A stretch of DNA of 25,810 nucleotides from Pseudomonadota bacterium (GCA_039182445.1 JBCDCD010000001.1:1-25810); one strand, 5' to 3'; shown: positions 1 to 11,385, numbered from the stretch's first letter. Translations and numbers: made by a program. Notes: generated from the letters alone by a model not told the origin.

Positions 1-858
1 CTCGACCAAAGTGGTGGATCAACCCCAAAAGCCTTGGCTGCTTATGGCGTTCAAGAGAGTGAATATAACGGCAAAGACGAAATGTTTGCCAAGATCCATG
101 AAATGCGTAGTCGTATCATTACGTCTCCTGTTTTTAGTGGTGAAAAAATCCTTGGTGCCATTTTGTTTGAAAAAACAATGGATGGTGACATTAACGGTAC
201 ACCAACAGCCAATTATCTTTGGAATGAACTGAATGTTGTTCCTTTCCTTAAAGTTGATAAAGGCTTAGCGGATGAAGAAAACAGCGTTCAACTCATGAAA
301 CCAATGCCTGAACTCGATGATCTCTGTGCTCGCGCGGTTCAAAAAGGCATTTTTGGCACCAAAATGCGTTCTGTCGTCAATAGCGCCAATGAGCAAGGCA
401 TTGAAGAAATCGTCGCACAACAATTCCAAGTTGGCCGTCAGATTATTGGTCATGGCCTTGTCCCTATTATTGAACCTGAAGTAAATATTCACGCAGCAGG
501 TAAAAAAGAGTGCGAAGATATGCTCAAAGCGTCTTTAATGAAGCACGCTGATGCGCTTGAAGATGGACAGCTCGTCATGCTCAAACTCACATTACCCGAG
601 CAAGCCAATCACTATGCTGAATTGATCGCCCATAAAAATGTGATTTCAGTTGTGGCGCTATCAGGAGGGTATGATCTCGAAGAAGCATGCTCTCGCCTCT
701 CACAAAATGATGGCATGATCGCCAGCTTCTCACGCGCTCTTTCGAATGACTTGCGTGCAGGTCAAAGTGATGAAGAGTTTAATAAAGCGCTTGGCACAGC
801 AATCGATAAGATCCACGCCGCTTCAATTGCCAAAGGCCAAACATCGCAAGCAGCATAA
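1..858 (+). CDS. fda: Fructose-bisphosphate aldolase class I (bacterial type), 5' end outside window
   Basis: Frame is open from base 1 ([16 protein letters not shown]...). Typical class I motifs: [56 protein letters not shown]. Confidence 0.93.
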   Translation, partial: LDQSGGSTPKALAAYGVQESEYNGKDEMFAKIHEMRSRIITSPVFSGEKILGAILFEKTMDGDINGTPTANYLWNELNVVPFLKVDKGLADEENSVQLMKPMPELDDLCARAVQKGIFGTKMRSVVNSANEQGIEEIVAQQFQVGRQIIGHGLVPIIEPEVNIHAAGKKECEDMLKASLMKHADALEDGQLVMLKLTLPEQANHYAELIAHKNVISVVALSGGYDLEEACSRLSQNDGMIASFSRALSNDLRAGQSDEEFNKALGTAIDKIHAASIAKGQTSQAA

Positions 859-861
859 TTT

Positions 862-1554
862 ATGAGTTTTCAATTCAAGCTTAGTGATTTTGATGATTAT
901 TCCTTTGATGAAGGACGCTTTAACACACCCTCAGTCAAAAACTTCATCGATCAATCTGGTTTTAAAAACAACGAAAACACTCTGGCTTTAGTGGGATGTG
1001 GCGGCACAATTTCATCTGCTTATTCACCAAGTAATGAAAACATAAGCCCTACACATTTCAGTCCTATCAATGACATTCTAAAGGATTTAGATACAGCTTT
1101 TGGCGTAGCAGAAAATCAAACAAGTTTTATATCGCTACTTAATAAAGATAGTCGCGATATTACAATTGAAGACATTATATTTGTGATGGACTTTTTAAAT
1201 GGAATTCAAAATAATCGCATTGTTTTAACTGTTGGAACTTATGGACTTCCGCTTGTAACGCAAATATTAGACCGTTGTATTGAGAAAGATAGAGCAAAGT
1301 TAATATGTGTTACTGGTAGTATGCTTATTTCATCCATCAAAGAGAATGATGCTGACTTTAATGGTGGCGGAGCCATTACAAGCTTAAACGCCTTATCTCA
1401 TTTATCCTCTTCAATAAATGAATCAATTGTATATACCGCCTTTCATGGCAAAGTTTACAAACCACATGAATGTGAAAACTTAGAATTACATCTTGAAAGC
1501 CACAAAGATGTTGAATTTTATCGCGGCCAAAGATTGGCAAAATCTAACGCATGA
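862..1554 (+). CDS. Asparaginase/glutaminase-like N-terminal domain protein, degenerate second active-site motif
   Basis: GCGGTISS (cf. GTGGTIA), KDSRDIT (cf. DS.DM), VGTYG (cf. HGTDT) and VTGSM occur in asparaginase order. 230 aa, with no C-terminal asparaginase domain. Confidence 0.7.
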   Translation: MSFQFKLSDFDDYSFDEGRFNTPSVKNFIDQSGFKNNENTLALVGCGGTISSAYSPSNENISPTHFSPINDILKDLDTAFGVAENQTSFISLLNKDSRDITIEDIIFVMDFLNGIQNNRIVLTVGTYGLPLVTQILDRCIEKDRAKLICVTGSMLISSIKENDADFNGGGAITSLNALSHLSSSINESIVYTAFHGKVYKPHECENLELHLESHKDVEFYRGQRLAKSNA

Positions 1555-2060
1555 TCGACAAGCGTCTCAATAAAAAAGGTAAGAAAACCATTATAGCGGC
1601 GATTATCGTCGCTATTTTAGGTTGGGCGGGTTTAAATGTCTCTCAAACGGACGTCAGCAAAGCGCTTGATTTAGTGATGAGCGAAGAAGCGCGTGTTGAA
1701 CAAACACCGCAGGTTAAAGAGGATTTTAATGAATCAAACCTCATTTCTGAACAACGCCGTACTCATATTTTATATGGTGACGCGACAGGTGGCGGACATC
1801 TTTACGGCACAGGCAAGCCCTGCAAATCAGAATTTCCCAAGCATTGGAATGAAGATACGATCATTAAAGAAGTAGAACTGATTGCTGCGAACGATAATTT
1901 GAACTGGGAGCAACAGCGCAACGGCTATTATGTGACAGAGCAAAAAGTCGGCAGCTTAAATGTACGCGTCGTAAAAGGACGGAACAATGAACAAGTGATT
2001 ACGGCTTATCCGACCAATGTGCCGCGCAACCCTTGCCCGGCAAATGATAACTCAAGATAA
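1551..2060 (+). CDS. Bacterial EndoU-like nuclease domain protein with N-terminal signal/anchor
   Basis: Basic N-terminus plus hydrophobic TIIAAIIVAILGWAGL. RRTHILYGD..GGGH, KSEFP.HW and C-terminal VITAYP resemble the bacterial EndoU toxin domain. ATGA overlap with the upstream gene. Confidence 0.75.
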   Translation: MIDKRLNKKGKKTIIAAIIVAILGWAGLNVSQTDVSKALDLVMSEEARVEQTPQVKEDFNESNLISEQRRTHILYGDATGGGHLYGTGKPCKSEFPKHWNEDTIIKEVELIAANDNLNWEQQRNGYYVTEQKVGSLNVRVVKGRNNEQVITAYPTNVPRNPCPANDNSR

Positions 2061-2139
2061 AAAGCTTTTTAGCCTTTTATTTTCTTGTTTTTTAACTACC
2101 TTATTGAAATATTATTTTAATCGAACAAAGGATACAAAA

Positions 2140-2439
2140 ATGAAAAAATTAATGATGATCGTCGCTTTGGCAATTTTCGCTGTTGCGGGTTATGGCGTAC
2201 AAACAGCAAGTGCCTGTGATTGCGGCTGTATGGACCACAAACACGACGCTGAAGGGAACCACATCCATGATCACGACTGCGACAATGCAGAAGATTGCGC
2301 AAAAAAAGAAGCGATGATGGAAAAGACTGAAGAGATGGCCGAAGAAGCCACTGAAGAAGCAAAGGATGCTGTTGAAGAGGCAATGTCTGACGCTAAATCT
2401 GAGGCAATTCCAGAGGCTATGAAAGACAAAATGGAATAA
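2140..2439 (+). CDS. Small exported His/Cys-rich, acidic protein (99 aa)
   Basis: AAGGA RBS before ATG 2140. Sec-type signal MKKLMMIVALAIFAVAGYGVQTASA, then CDCGCMDHKHDAEGNHIHDHDCDNAEDC and an Ala/Glu/Met-rich tail. The ORF-track start at 2017 is probably too long. Confidence 0.75.
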   Translation: MKKLMMIVALAIFAVAGYGVQTASACDCGCMDHKHDAEGNHIHDHDCDNAEDCAKKEAMMEKTEEMAEEATEEAKDAVEEAMSDAKSEAIPEAMKDKME

Positions 2440-2440
2440 A

Positions 2441-3469
2441 TTAAACGCTGACAGGCGCCCACAGGACATCATTTATATCCTCGGCGCCTGTTGCAAGCAT
2501 GATCAATCGATCAACCCCTAAAGCAATACCTCCGCTTGGCGGCATCCCTACTCTGAGCGCCTCAATAAACTCTTCATCAAGTGGATAACGCTCGCCATAA
2601 AGCCGTTCTTTTTCATCCATCTCAATGTGATAGCGCCGTAACTGTTCATCAGCATCCGTCAGCTCTGAATAAGCATTGGCGAGCTCTATGCCGCAAATAT
2701 AAAGCTCAAAACGTTCGGCAAAGCGCGGATCATCTGTCTTTGGCTTTGATAGAGACGCCATCGAAATCGGGTACTCACATAGAAATGTTGGCCTCTCTTT
2801 GCCTAAGTTGGGCTCAATCTTTTCATCCATCACACGGAAAAAGAGATCATCCCACCCATCATCTTGTGCTGTATGGAGTCCGAGCTTACTTACCTCTTCT
2901 CGAAACCCTTCCTTATCATCTAAATAAGCTTCAAGATCGATGTCGGCATAACGCTTAAAAGATTCTACAACCGTTAATCGCTCCCATTCAGCAAAAAGAT
3001 CGCAAGAAAGCTCTTTATATCGAAAATGTTTAATATCAGCGGCCTTTGCGCACTCTCGTAACAAAGCAACACAATCGTCCATAATATCGTTGTAGTCTGC
3101 TTGTGTGCGATACCATTCAATCATCGTGAATTCGGGTACGTGACGTTTTGAGCCCTCTGCATTTCGGAAGACATGGCATATTTGGTAAATCTTTGAACAT
3201 CCGGCCACCGTCAGCTTTTTCATATCGAATTCAGGACTAGTGTGCAGATAAGGTTTTGAACGTGTTTTTAAATCAACGCCCTTTAATTCTGTCTGAAAAG
3301 CATGAATATGTGTGTCCATGACAGGACAAACTTGCAAGATTGGTGTTTCGACCTCATCAAAGTCCTGAGCGTCAAAAAAACGGCGTATCGCCTTAATAAT
3401 CGCCCCTCGCACCTTTAAATTGGTCTTTTTTTGAGAAAATTGCTCTGGATGCCACCAGTTTGCTTGCAT
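2441..3469 (-). CDS. epmA: EF-P lysine aminoacylase EpmA (GenX/PoxA)
   Basis: Class II LysRS catalytic-core-only protein: EVETP, YLHTSPEF.MKKL, FRNAE....H.PEFTM.EWY, ERFELY..G.ELANAYSEL, GIALGVDRL. Confidence 0.95.
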   Translation of the reverse strand: MQANWWHPEQFSQKKTNLKVRGAIIKAIRRFFDAQDFDEVETPILQVCPVMDTHIHAFQTELKGVDLKTRSKPYLHTSPEFDMKKLTVAGCSKIYQICHVFRNAEGSKRHVPEFTMIEWYRTQADYNDIMDDCVALLRECAKAADIKHFRYKELSCDLFAEWERLTVVESFKRYADIDLEAYLDDKEGFREEVSKLGLHTAQDDGWDDLFFRVMDEKIEPNLGKERPTFLCEYPISMASLSKPKTDDPRFAERFELYICGIELANAYSELTDADEQLRRYHIEMDEKERLYGERYPLDEEFIEALRVGMPPSGGIALGVDRLIMLATGAEDINDVLWAPVSV

Positions 3470-3561
3470 TTTATAGAATCCTTCGGTAAAAGGTCTCCAG
3501 AATTACTAAAGACCCGCTTAAAAGCGTTTTAATAGAGCAGGCCTAAAAAAGGAATAGGAAA

Positions 3562-3792
3562 ATGAAAGCAGATACGCATCCTGATTACCATGAAATCACA
3601 GTTGTGATGACAGATGGCACAGAATACAAAACGAAATCAACATACGGTAAGCCTGGTGATGTGCTTAAGCTTGATGTTGACCCGCTAACACACCCTGCAT
3701 GGCAAGGTGGTTCCGGTAAAGTGATTGAGAAAGGACAGCTCGACAAGTTTGAGAGCAAGTACGGTTCTTTCCTTTCAGGAGATACCCAGTAA
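3562..3792 (+). CDS. rpmE: 50S ribosomal protein L31 (Cys-free type)
   Basis: MK..THPDYH, KTKST, LDVDP..HPAW.GG, KFESKY. AGGAA RBS upstream. Confidence 0.95.
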   Translation: MKADTHPDYHEITVVMTDGTEYKTKSTYGKPGDVLKLDVDPLTHPAWQGGSGKVIEKGQLDKFESKYGSFLSGDTQ

Positions 3793-3823
3793 CAGATTTT
3801 TCGGAGATGAGCCGATTAAAGAG

Positions 3824-3849
3824 AAACCGCCTTTTAAGGCGGTTTTTTT
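3824..3849 (+). terminator. Rho-independent terminator of rpmE, probably bidirectional
   Basis: AAACCGCC-TTTTAA-GGCGGTTT followed by a T run, with an A-rich left flank. It lies between convergent ORFs. Confidence 0.85.
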
Positions 3850-4156
3850 ATGATGTTAAATCAAAGGTTAAGAAACGTTGTCCCTTAACTGAAATTTGAC
3901 CTGTGCAAACCTGATTGTCATCCAACATAGCTATTCTTTGTAAATTAAAGCGATCTCCTTGATGAGTGCTTATTTTGACTTTAACTGGAAAACTCCCTGA
4001 ATCAAAGTTTTCGTCAACCTTATCTTGGATTTCTCTGGCGGTCAGATCTTTTGCTCTAAAATCTAAGAGGCCTGCAGGATTTTCAACTGAAACCCTCCAA
4101 TCCTTGCCCATAAAGACAATTCTAAATGTTCGCTCTGCTCTTACCCAAAAGTCCAT
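3848..4156 (-). CDS. Hypothetical protein (102 aa)
   Basis: ATG-started ORF filling the gap between valS and the rpmE terminator, with its stop in the terminator T run. No recognisable motif. Confidence 0.5.
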   Translation of the reverse strand: MDFWVRAERTFRIVFMGKDWRVSVENPAGLLDFRAKDLTAREIQDKVDENFDSGSFPVKVKISTHQGDRFNLQRIAMLDDNQVCTGQISVKGQRFLTFDLTS

Positions 4157-4196
4157 TATTGTGTATTAATAGATTTTTAATATTATGTCAATATTT

Positions 4197-6842
4197 CTAA
4201 GCGGCGTTAAGTTGTTCTAAAGCGGTTTGAAGTTTGTTTTTCTTCTCCTCATCATTGGCAACAATAGCGCGTTTTTCTTCAATCACCTCTTCTGGCGCAT
4301 TGTCGACAAACTTCTTGTTATCAAGCTGTTGAGAGATTTTCTTAATGTTATTATCGAGCTTATCAATCTCTTTTTTCAATCTGGCGCGTTCCTGATCAAG
4401 ATCAATAATATCCGCAATCGGCAAAATAAGCGTAATGGGTTCAACAATCGTTTGAATAGAGCCTTTAGGCGCCTCTTCAACATGCTCAATACCATTCACG
4501 CGCGCCATGGCTTTAATCATCGGTTCAAAGCGTTCTAAGCCTGATTGGCTCATCTCACAGGCATCTTTCACCATTAGATCAATCTGCGCTTTAGCCGGTA
4601 CGTTCATATCGGCGCGAACAGAACGGATTTCAGAGATAATGCTCATGAGCCAGCTTATCTGCTTATCGGCGCAATCATCTTTTAGCGCAGCATCATATGT
4701 TTGCCACTCGGAACCAAGGAGCAAGTCGCCCTCTTCTCTTTTTGCAATCGAAGCATAGAGCTCTTCGGTAATATAAGGCATAAACGGGTTGAGCAGACGC
4801 AATATTTGCTCCAAAACCCAGCCTGTTGTGCCGCGAACCTCTGCCTTTACAGCCTCATCATCGCCATTCAGAAGTGGTTTGGTGAATTCAAGGTACCAGT
4901 CACAAAATGTACCCCAAATAAATTGGTAAAGCGCGCTTGCCGATTCATTGAAACGATAGCTCTCTAGCCCTTTATCAATAGCTGTCTGACAATCAAGAAC
5001 ACTGCCGATAATCCATTTATTGAGCGTATGCTGCACTTTTGATGGATCAAAATCCGCTTTCGGAAGCGCGTCGTTCATTTCGCAGTAACGCGTTGCATTC
5101 CAAAGCTTGGTCGCAAAGTTACGATAACCTGCGACACGATCTTCAGAGAGTTTTACATCACGTCCTTGCGCGGCCATTGCCGTCAACGTAAAGCGAAGCG
5201 CATCAGCGCCATATTTGTCACAAAGCTCAAGCGGGCCGATGACGTTACCTTTGGATTTGGACATTTTCTGCCCCTTACCATCACGAACAAGCGCGTGAAT
5301 ATAGACTGTCTTAAACGGCACCTCACCCATGAAGTGAATGCCCATCATCATCATTCGCGCGACCCAGAAGAAGATAATATCAAAGCCAGTAATCAGAACG
5401 TTACCAGGATAGTATTTATCCAGAGCTGGCGTTTCATCAGGCCAGCCTAAGGTTGAAAATGGCCATAAAGCAGAACTAAACCATGTATCCAAAACGTCTT
5501 CATCACGTGTGAGCTTCTTATCTGCACCGGCTTTTTCTTGTGCCTCTTCTTCGCTAGAAGCCACATAGACATTACCGTCTTCATCATACCAAGCTGGGAT
5601 TTGATGCCCCCACCAGAGCTGGCGAGAAATACACCAAGGTTGAATATTTTCCATCCAATGAAAGTACGTATTTTCCCATTGTTTAGGGACAAATTCAGTT
5701 TTTCCTGTTTTAACCGCTTCAAGAGCAGGCTGTGCCATTGTCTTGGCATCAACATACCACTGATCTGTTAAGTATGGCTCAATTATAACGCTTGAGCGAT
5801 CACCGTAAGGTACTTGATGTTTGTGATCTTCGACATCGATGAGGAAATCCCTCTCATCAAGGTCTTTGATAATCTTCTTACGTGCTTCAAAACGATCAAG
5901 CCCCACATAATCCTCAGGGCAGTTTTCGTTCATTGAGCCGTCAGGATTCATCAAATTGATCAGTTGAATGTCTTTATCTTCATGACGTTTTGCAACGTCG
6001 AAGTCGTTATAATCATGTGCCGCAGTGATCTTAACGGCTCCTGAGCCAAATTCACTATCAACATATTCATCGGCGATAATTGGAATGATACGATCCGCAA
6101 TGGGAACAACAGCAAATTTTCCTACAAGATTTTTGTATTTTTCATCATCAGGATGAACGGCAATCGCGCCATCGGCTAGAATTGTTTCTGGGCGCGTTGT
6201 CGCAATACGAATAGAGCCTGAACCATCCTCTAAAGGATAATCCACGTGATACAGCTTGCCTTTGATTTCTTTATATTCCACTTCCAGATCAGAAATCGCT
6301 GTCTGGAATTTTGGATCCCAATTCACAAGACGCTTGTCGCGGTAAATCAGACCTTGCTCATAGAGCTCAACAAAAACTTTCAACACCGCCTTAGAAAGAC
6401 CTTCATCCATTGTGAAGCGTTCACGCGACCAGTCTGGCGTACAGCCTAAGCGCTTTTGTTGGCCAACAATCGTGCCGCCGGATTCTTCTTTCCAATTCCA
6501 AACAGTCTTAATGAAGTCTTCGCGCCCCATATCACGGCGATCTTTGCCTTCTTCGGCCAAGTTACGCTCAACAACCATTTGTGTTGCAATACCGGCATGG
6601 TCCAAGCCTGGCTGCCAGAGTGTATCTTTGCCGTTCATGCGGTTCCAACGCACTAAAATATCATGGAGTGTACAGTTCAGCGCGTGCCCCATATGAAGAG
6701 AGCCTGTTACATTCGGAGGCGGCATGACGACAGCATAAGGATCGTCCTTACTCTCAGGATTACATTCAAAATGTCCTGATTTTTCCCACTGCTGGTAATG
6801 AGATTCTTCAATATCTGCTGGATTAAAAGTCTTGTCGAGCAT
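4197..6842 (-). CDS. valS: Valine--tRNA ligase
   Basis: PPPNVTGSLHMGHA (HIGH motif), WQPGLDHAGIATQ, WCISRQLWWGH, DVLDTWFSS, KMSKS, C-terminal coiled coil. 881 aa. Confidence 0.98.
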   Translation of the reverse strand: MLDKTFNPADIEESHYQQWEKSGHFECNPESKDDPYAVVMPPPNVTGSLHMGHALNCTLHDILVRWNRMNGKDTLWQPGLDHAGIATQMVVERNLAEEGKDRRDMGREDFIKTVWNWKEESGGTIVGQQKRLGCTPDWSRERFTMDEGLSKAVLKVFVELYEQGLIYRDKRLVNWDPKFQTAISDLEVEYKEIKGKLYHVDYPLEDGSGSIRIATTRPETILADGAIAVHPDDEKYKNLVGKFAVVPIADRIIPIIADEYVDSEFGSGAVKITAAHDYNDFDVAKRHEDKDIQLINLMNPDGSMNENCPEDYVGLDRFEARKKIIKDLDERDFLIDVEDHKHQVPYGDRSSVIIEPYLTDQWYVDAKTMAQPALEAVKTGKTEFVPKQWENTYFHWMENIQPWCISRQLWWGHQIPAWYDEDGNVYVASSEEEAQEKAGADKKLTRDEDVLDTWFSSALWPFSTLGWPDETPALDKYYPGNVLITGFDIIFFWVARMMMMGIHFMGEVPFKTVYIHALVRDGKGQKMSKSKGNVIGPLELCDKYGADALRFTLTAMAAQGRDVKLSEDRVAGYRNFATKLWNATRYCEMNDALPKADFDPSKVQHTLNKWIIGSVLDCQTAIDKGLESYRFNESASALYQFIWGTFCDWYLEFTKPLLNGDDEAVKAEVRGTTGWVLEQILRLLNPFMPYITEELYASIAKREEGDLLLGSEWQTYDAALKDDCADKQISWLMSIISEIRSVRADMNVPAKAQIDLMVKDACEMSQSGLERFEPMIKAMARVNGIEHVEEAPKGSIQTIVEPITLILPIADIIDLDQERARLKKEIDKLDNNIKKISQQLDNKKFVDNAPEEVIEEKRAIVANDEEKKNKLQTALEQLNAA

Positions 6843-6919
6843 AGCTTCCCTCTAAAATAAAAACGATCTTTATTTAAAGGGATTTCTGCGGAAAATCAAA
6901 TGTTTATGGTATTTATGGC

Positions 6920-7465
6920 TTAATCGTCCATCGCACGGCGAGCGAGCTTTTCAAGCTCTTTTTGAACGGTACGCTCAACCAATGGCGGCAGATGAACATC
7001 CATCCAATCACGAAGCATAGGATGCAAGAGCTCACGCACAATATCTTCGAGGGTTACGCCATCGTAACCGCGACGATTAAGAGGAACGTTACCAACTAGT
7101 TTAGAAAGGCTGGACATCGTCGCTGCCTGAGCATTATCAGAGAGAATAGATGATGGTGTTGGTTCAAAAGAACGTTCTGGTTCTGGATCAGAAGCAAAAA
7201 CAGGCTCATCTTCTTCGATAGTATCAACAGCGTCCATTTCGCTATCAACAAAATCAACTTCGACCTCATCCTCTACTTCCATCTCCTCAGTGAGATCGAG
7301 AACATCGTCTTCCACCTCAGGTTCTGGAGCAGGTTCTTCCGCTGCTGTCTCGATTGTTTCTGCATCACTGCCCTCTTCATCATCATCGGAAATGATTTGA
7401 CGGATCGAAGCTAAAATCTCTTCGATCGACGGCTCTTCTGCATCAGGTGTATTATTATCAGACAT
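6920..7465 (-). CDS. popZ: Polar organising protein PopZ (DUF2497 family)
   Basis: N-terminal EPSIEEILASIRQII, acidic Pro/Glu linker, C-terminal TLEDIVRELLHPMLRDW....LP.LVE..V..E. Sits between tolC and valS as in Alphaproteobacteria. Confidence 0.93.
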   Translation of the reverse strand: MSDNNTPDAEEPSIEEILASIRQIISDDDEEGSDAETIETAAEEPAPEPEVEDDVLDLTEEMEVEDEVEVDFVDSEMDAVDTIEEDEPVFASDPEPERSFEPTPSSILSDNAQAATMSSLSKLVGNVPLNRRGYDGVTLEDIVRELLHPMLRDWMDVHLPPLVERTVQKELEKLARRAMDD

Positions 7466-7565
7466 TTAACGGACTTTTCTTATGTGGTTTAATTGATTCG
7501 TCTTATAACTCTAGCAAGTTTGTTCTATCGCCATAATCTTGTCAAAGCGATTGTCCCTTATCGCT

Positions 7566-9011
7566 CTATCTGTCCTCATTTAATTCAAACAAATCAAGAT
7601 TTTGCGGCGTTAAGAGCCCTAATGTTTCAGCTAACTCGAAACGCGCAACAACCTCGTCGCGCATGGCAGTAATCAGATCCAATTGAGCATTAAGAAGCTC
7701 TTGATTGGCATCAAGGGCGTCTAAAGTGGTTCGCTCACCAAACTCTGCCTCAAACTGAACCCCTTCTCTGGCCAATGTAGAAGCCGCTACTTGAGCCTTT
7801 CGTGAAGCAATTTCAGCTTGTGCTGTTTGCCAGATAGAGTACTGCGTCGCCGCTGCACTACGCGCCGCGTTCTTGACTTCCATTACTTCCATAAAGCGTT
7901 GATTAGCAATATGCTTGGCTTCTCTCACACGAGAACGTGTCGCACCTGATTGATAAAGTGGAATTGTTGCAGTTACGCCTAAAGCAAAACGATCTTGTTC
8001 ATCTGTGAATGCTGTTGAATCGAAGTTACGGCCAACAGAACTCGACAAATCTAATTGCGGTAACAAAGCACCAAAACGACTATCAACGTCATATTGCGCT
8101 GCAATTTCATTATTTTCAGCGGCAATAACATTTAAGTTTTGAAGCTCTGACAACCTTAAAGCTTCTTCTTTTGTATCAGGAATTTGAAAGGTAAGTTCCG
8201 GTAGAGAGAAATTATCTTCATTCGCCTCTAATCCCGTCACATCTAAATATACAGCCTTTGCCGTATTGAGGTTTCCTTCTGCTTGCGTCAGTCCTGCGTC
8301 GGCCAAAGCCAATCGTGCTTGCGATTGAGAAACGTCCGTTTTGGTGAGCTCGCCAACGTCAAAACGCGCTTCAGCCTGTTCTAACTCTCTGGCAATAAGG
8401 GCGCGGTTATTTTTATTAAGCTCCAGGAAGGCATGAGAGCGCATCACATCCATATAAGCCGTTACGGCGCGGCGCATGATTTCTTGCTCACTTGCATATA
8501 CTGACGCTTTTTGAGCCGCTATCACGGCATTGGCCGCCTTGATATTAGCGAAAGTCGAGCCACCTCGAAACAAAGGCTGATCCAAGCTTACTCCAACCGT
8601 CTTTTCAGTATTGCCACCATCTTCATTACCGAAATTTTCACCTTCCGTTTCGGTGTTTGTGTAATTGATAGAGCCTTGTGCGTTGATATTTGGCTTAAAC
8701 CCACTTTGCGCTTGTGGAAGTTGTTCTTGAATAGATTGATAAGCTGCACGACGCGCTAACAATGTTGGGTTGTTCTGATAAGCATGTGCAAGTACTTCGT
8801 ATAAGTGAAAGCCTTTTTCTTCCCAATCGGAAAGTAAATCTGCGCTCATTTGAACATTTTTATTAAGCTCTTCGGATAGAGCTGAAATCGCAATAGGTTC
8901 TGGCGCTACCTCTTCAGCTTTATTGATATGATGCGCATACGAATAGCCGCCAGAAGTAAAAATTCCAGTAAAAACAGTTAAATACAAAATATTTTTAAAG
9001 CTATTTTTCAT
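7566..9011 (-). CDS. tolC: TolC-family outer membrane channel
   Basis: Signal peptide and two outer-membrane efflux repeats (AY.NNP.L, QPLF.GG, ARFDVGELTKTDV.Q, IPLYQSG, G.RTTLD.LDA.QEL). Confidence 0.92.
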   Translation of the reverse strand: MKNSFKNILYLTVFTGIFTSGGYSYAHHINKAEEVAPEPIAISALSEELNKNVQMSADLLSDWEEKGFHLYEVLAHAYQNNPTLLARRAAYQSIQEQLPQAQSGFKPNINAQGSINYTNTETEGENFGNEDGGNTEKTVGVSLDQPLFRGGSTFANIKAANAVIAAQKASVYASEQEIMRRAVTAYMDVMRSHAFLELNKNNRALIARELEQAEARFDVGELTKTDVSQSQARLALADAGLTQAEGNLNTAKAVYLDVTGLEANEDNFSLPELTFQIPDTKEEALRLSELQNLNVIAAENNEIAAQYDVDSRFGALLPQLDLSSSVGRNFDSTAFTDEQDRFALGVTATIPLYQSGATRSRVREAKHIANQRFMEVMEVKNAARSAAATQYSIWQTAQAEIASRKAQVAASTLAREGVQFEAEFGERTTLDALDANQELLNAQLDLITAMRDEVVARFELAETLGLLTPQNLDLFELNEDR

Positions 9012-9209
9012 GATATATAAGCAGGTATATTTGAATTATTAAGGAAAAAGAACTGTTCTTTTATTTAGTTTTACAGGAAATCAGCACTTCTGACCAGAAG
9101 TTTTCCACAGACTTACGCACAGATTGAAATTTAAACTTTTATCACTAAAAAGCATCGATCAGCGCTGGATTTCAGAATAAAAAGCTGTTACCACACTCCT
9201 TGAAATAAA

Positions 9210-9283
9210 GGCGCGGTGGCAGAGTGGCTATGCAGAGGACTGCAACTCCTTGTACACCGGTTCGATTCCGGTCCGTGCCTCCA
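9210..9283 (+). tRNA. tRNA-Cys (GCA)
   Basis: Acceptor GGCGCGG/CCGTGCC, anticodon arm GAGGA-CTGCAAC-TCCTT, T arm ACCGG-TTCGATT-CCGGT, discriminator T, encoded CCA. 74 nt. Confidence 0.97.
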
Positions 9284-9316
9284 TTTTATCAGTTTTGCTG
9301 ATTGGCAATATGATTG

Positions 9317-9345
9317 TTGACACCGTATGTCGATTCAGCCATAAA
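9317..9345 (+). promoter_or_regulatory. Putative sigma70 promoter of tRNA-Asn
   Basis: TTGACA (9317-9322), 17 bp spacer, CATAAA (9340-9345), 12 bp before the tRNA. Confidence 0.45.
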
Positions 9346-9357
9346 GCTTTTCAGTGT

Positions 9358-10952
<1,595 letters not shown>

Positions 10953-10962
<10 letters not shown>

Positions 10963-11294
10963 GCACCACCTCCAAATTTGAGTTGATAGAGATGGATTTG
11001 TTTGTTTCGCATCAGCTTATTCAGAACGCATCTTGACGGTCTGGCTTTGTAATTTTCACAAAGCTCACTGATAAAGACGGCAATCTTCTCATCTTGCGCT
11101 TTTACAAGCTTGATAAAATCATTGCGCGTACGGAAGTCACCAGCACGATAAACATAGCTTTGCAAGATTTCTAAGTCGTGATCTTTGCAAATATGTTCTA
11201 TTCTTTCTTGCTCTAGGGCGAGGACTGGTGCTTCGGGAGTTTCTAAATCCGGTAAATATAAAATCACAATGGCTTTACGTTGCCTTACGTCCAT
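10953..11294 (-). CDS. Catalytically inactive resolvase-domain-like protein (113 aa)
   Basis: Aligns nearly colinearly by eye with the N-terminal domain of the adjacent recombinase, but Arg/Ser are replaced by Tyr/Pro and DRLxR is absent. Overlaps the recombinase start by 10 nt. Confidence 0.7.
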
Positions 11295-11304
11295 TCACTA
11301 ACTC

Positions 11305-11347
11305 ACGGTTTCAAGTTAGGTTTCGCCGCGCGAAGCAACGAAACCGT
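11305..11347 (-). promoter_or_regulatory. Hairpin directly upstream of the 11294 start codon
   Basis: Perfect 8 bp inverted repeat ACGGTTTC (11305-11312) / GAAACCGT (11340-11347) with inner TTCG/CGAA pairing. Confidence 0.55.
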
Positions 11348-11385
11348 ATTCTTTGACCACCGATGAAAAATGAAAGTAATTCCCC

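Noticed and set aside
2017-2139. Longer N-terminus for the His-rich protein in the ORF track
   Set aside because: Overlaps the EndoU gene and lacks an RBS; RBS and signal peptide point to 2140.
2451-2491. 9 bp inverted repeat ACAGGCGCC/GGCGCCTGT between convergent genes
   Set aside because: Lies wholly inside conserved epmA codons, has a 23-nt loop and no U tract; not supportable as a terminator.
3470-3561. epmA divergent from rpmE rather than efp
   Set aside because: Gene-order variation only; efp can lie elsewhere.
4227-6696. Many plus-strand ORFs opposite valS, and similar shadow ORFs opposite tolC, the primase and the helicase
   Set aside because: Antisense shadows of well-supported genes, with no motifs or RBS support.
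9101-9109. TTTTCCACA matching the DnaA box consensus
   Set aside because: Single copy with no cluster; expected by chance.
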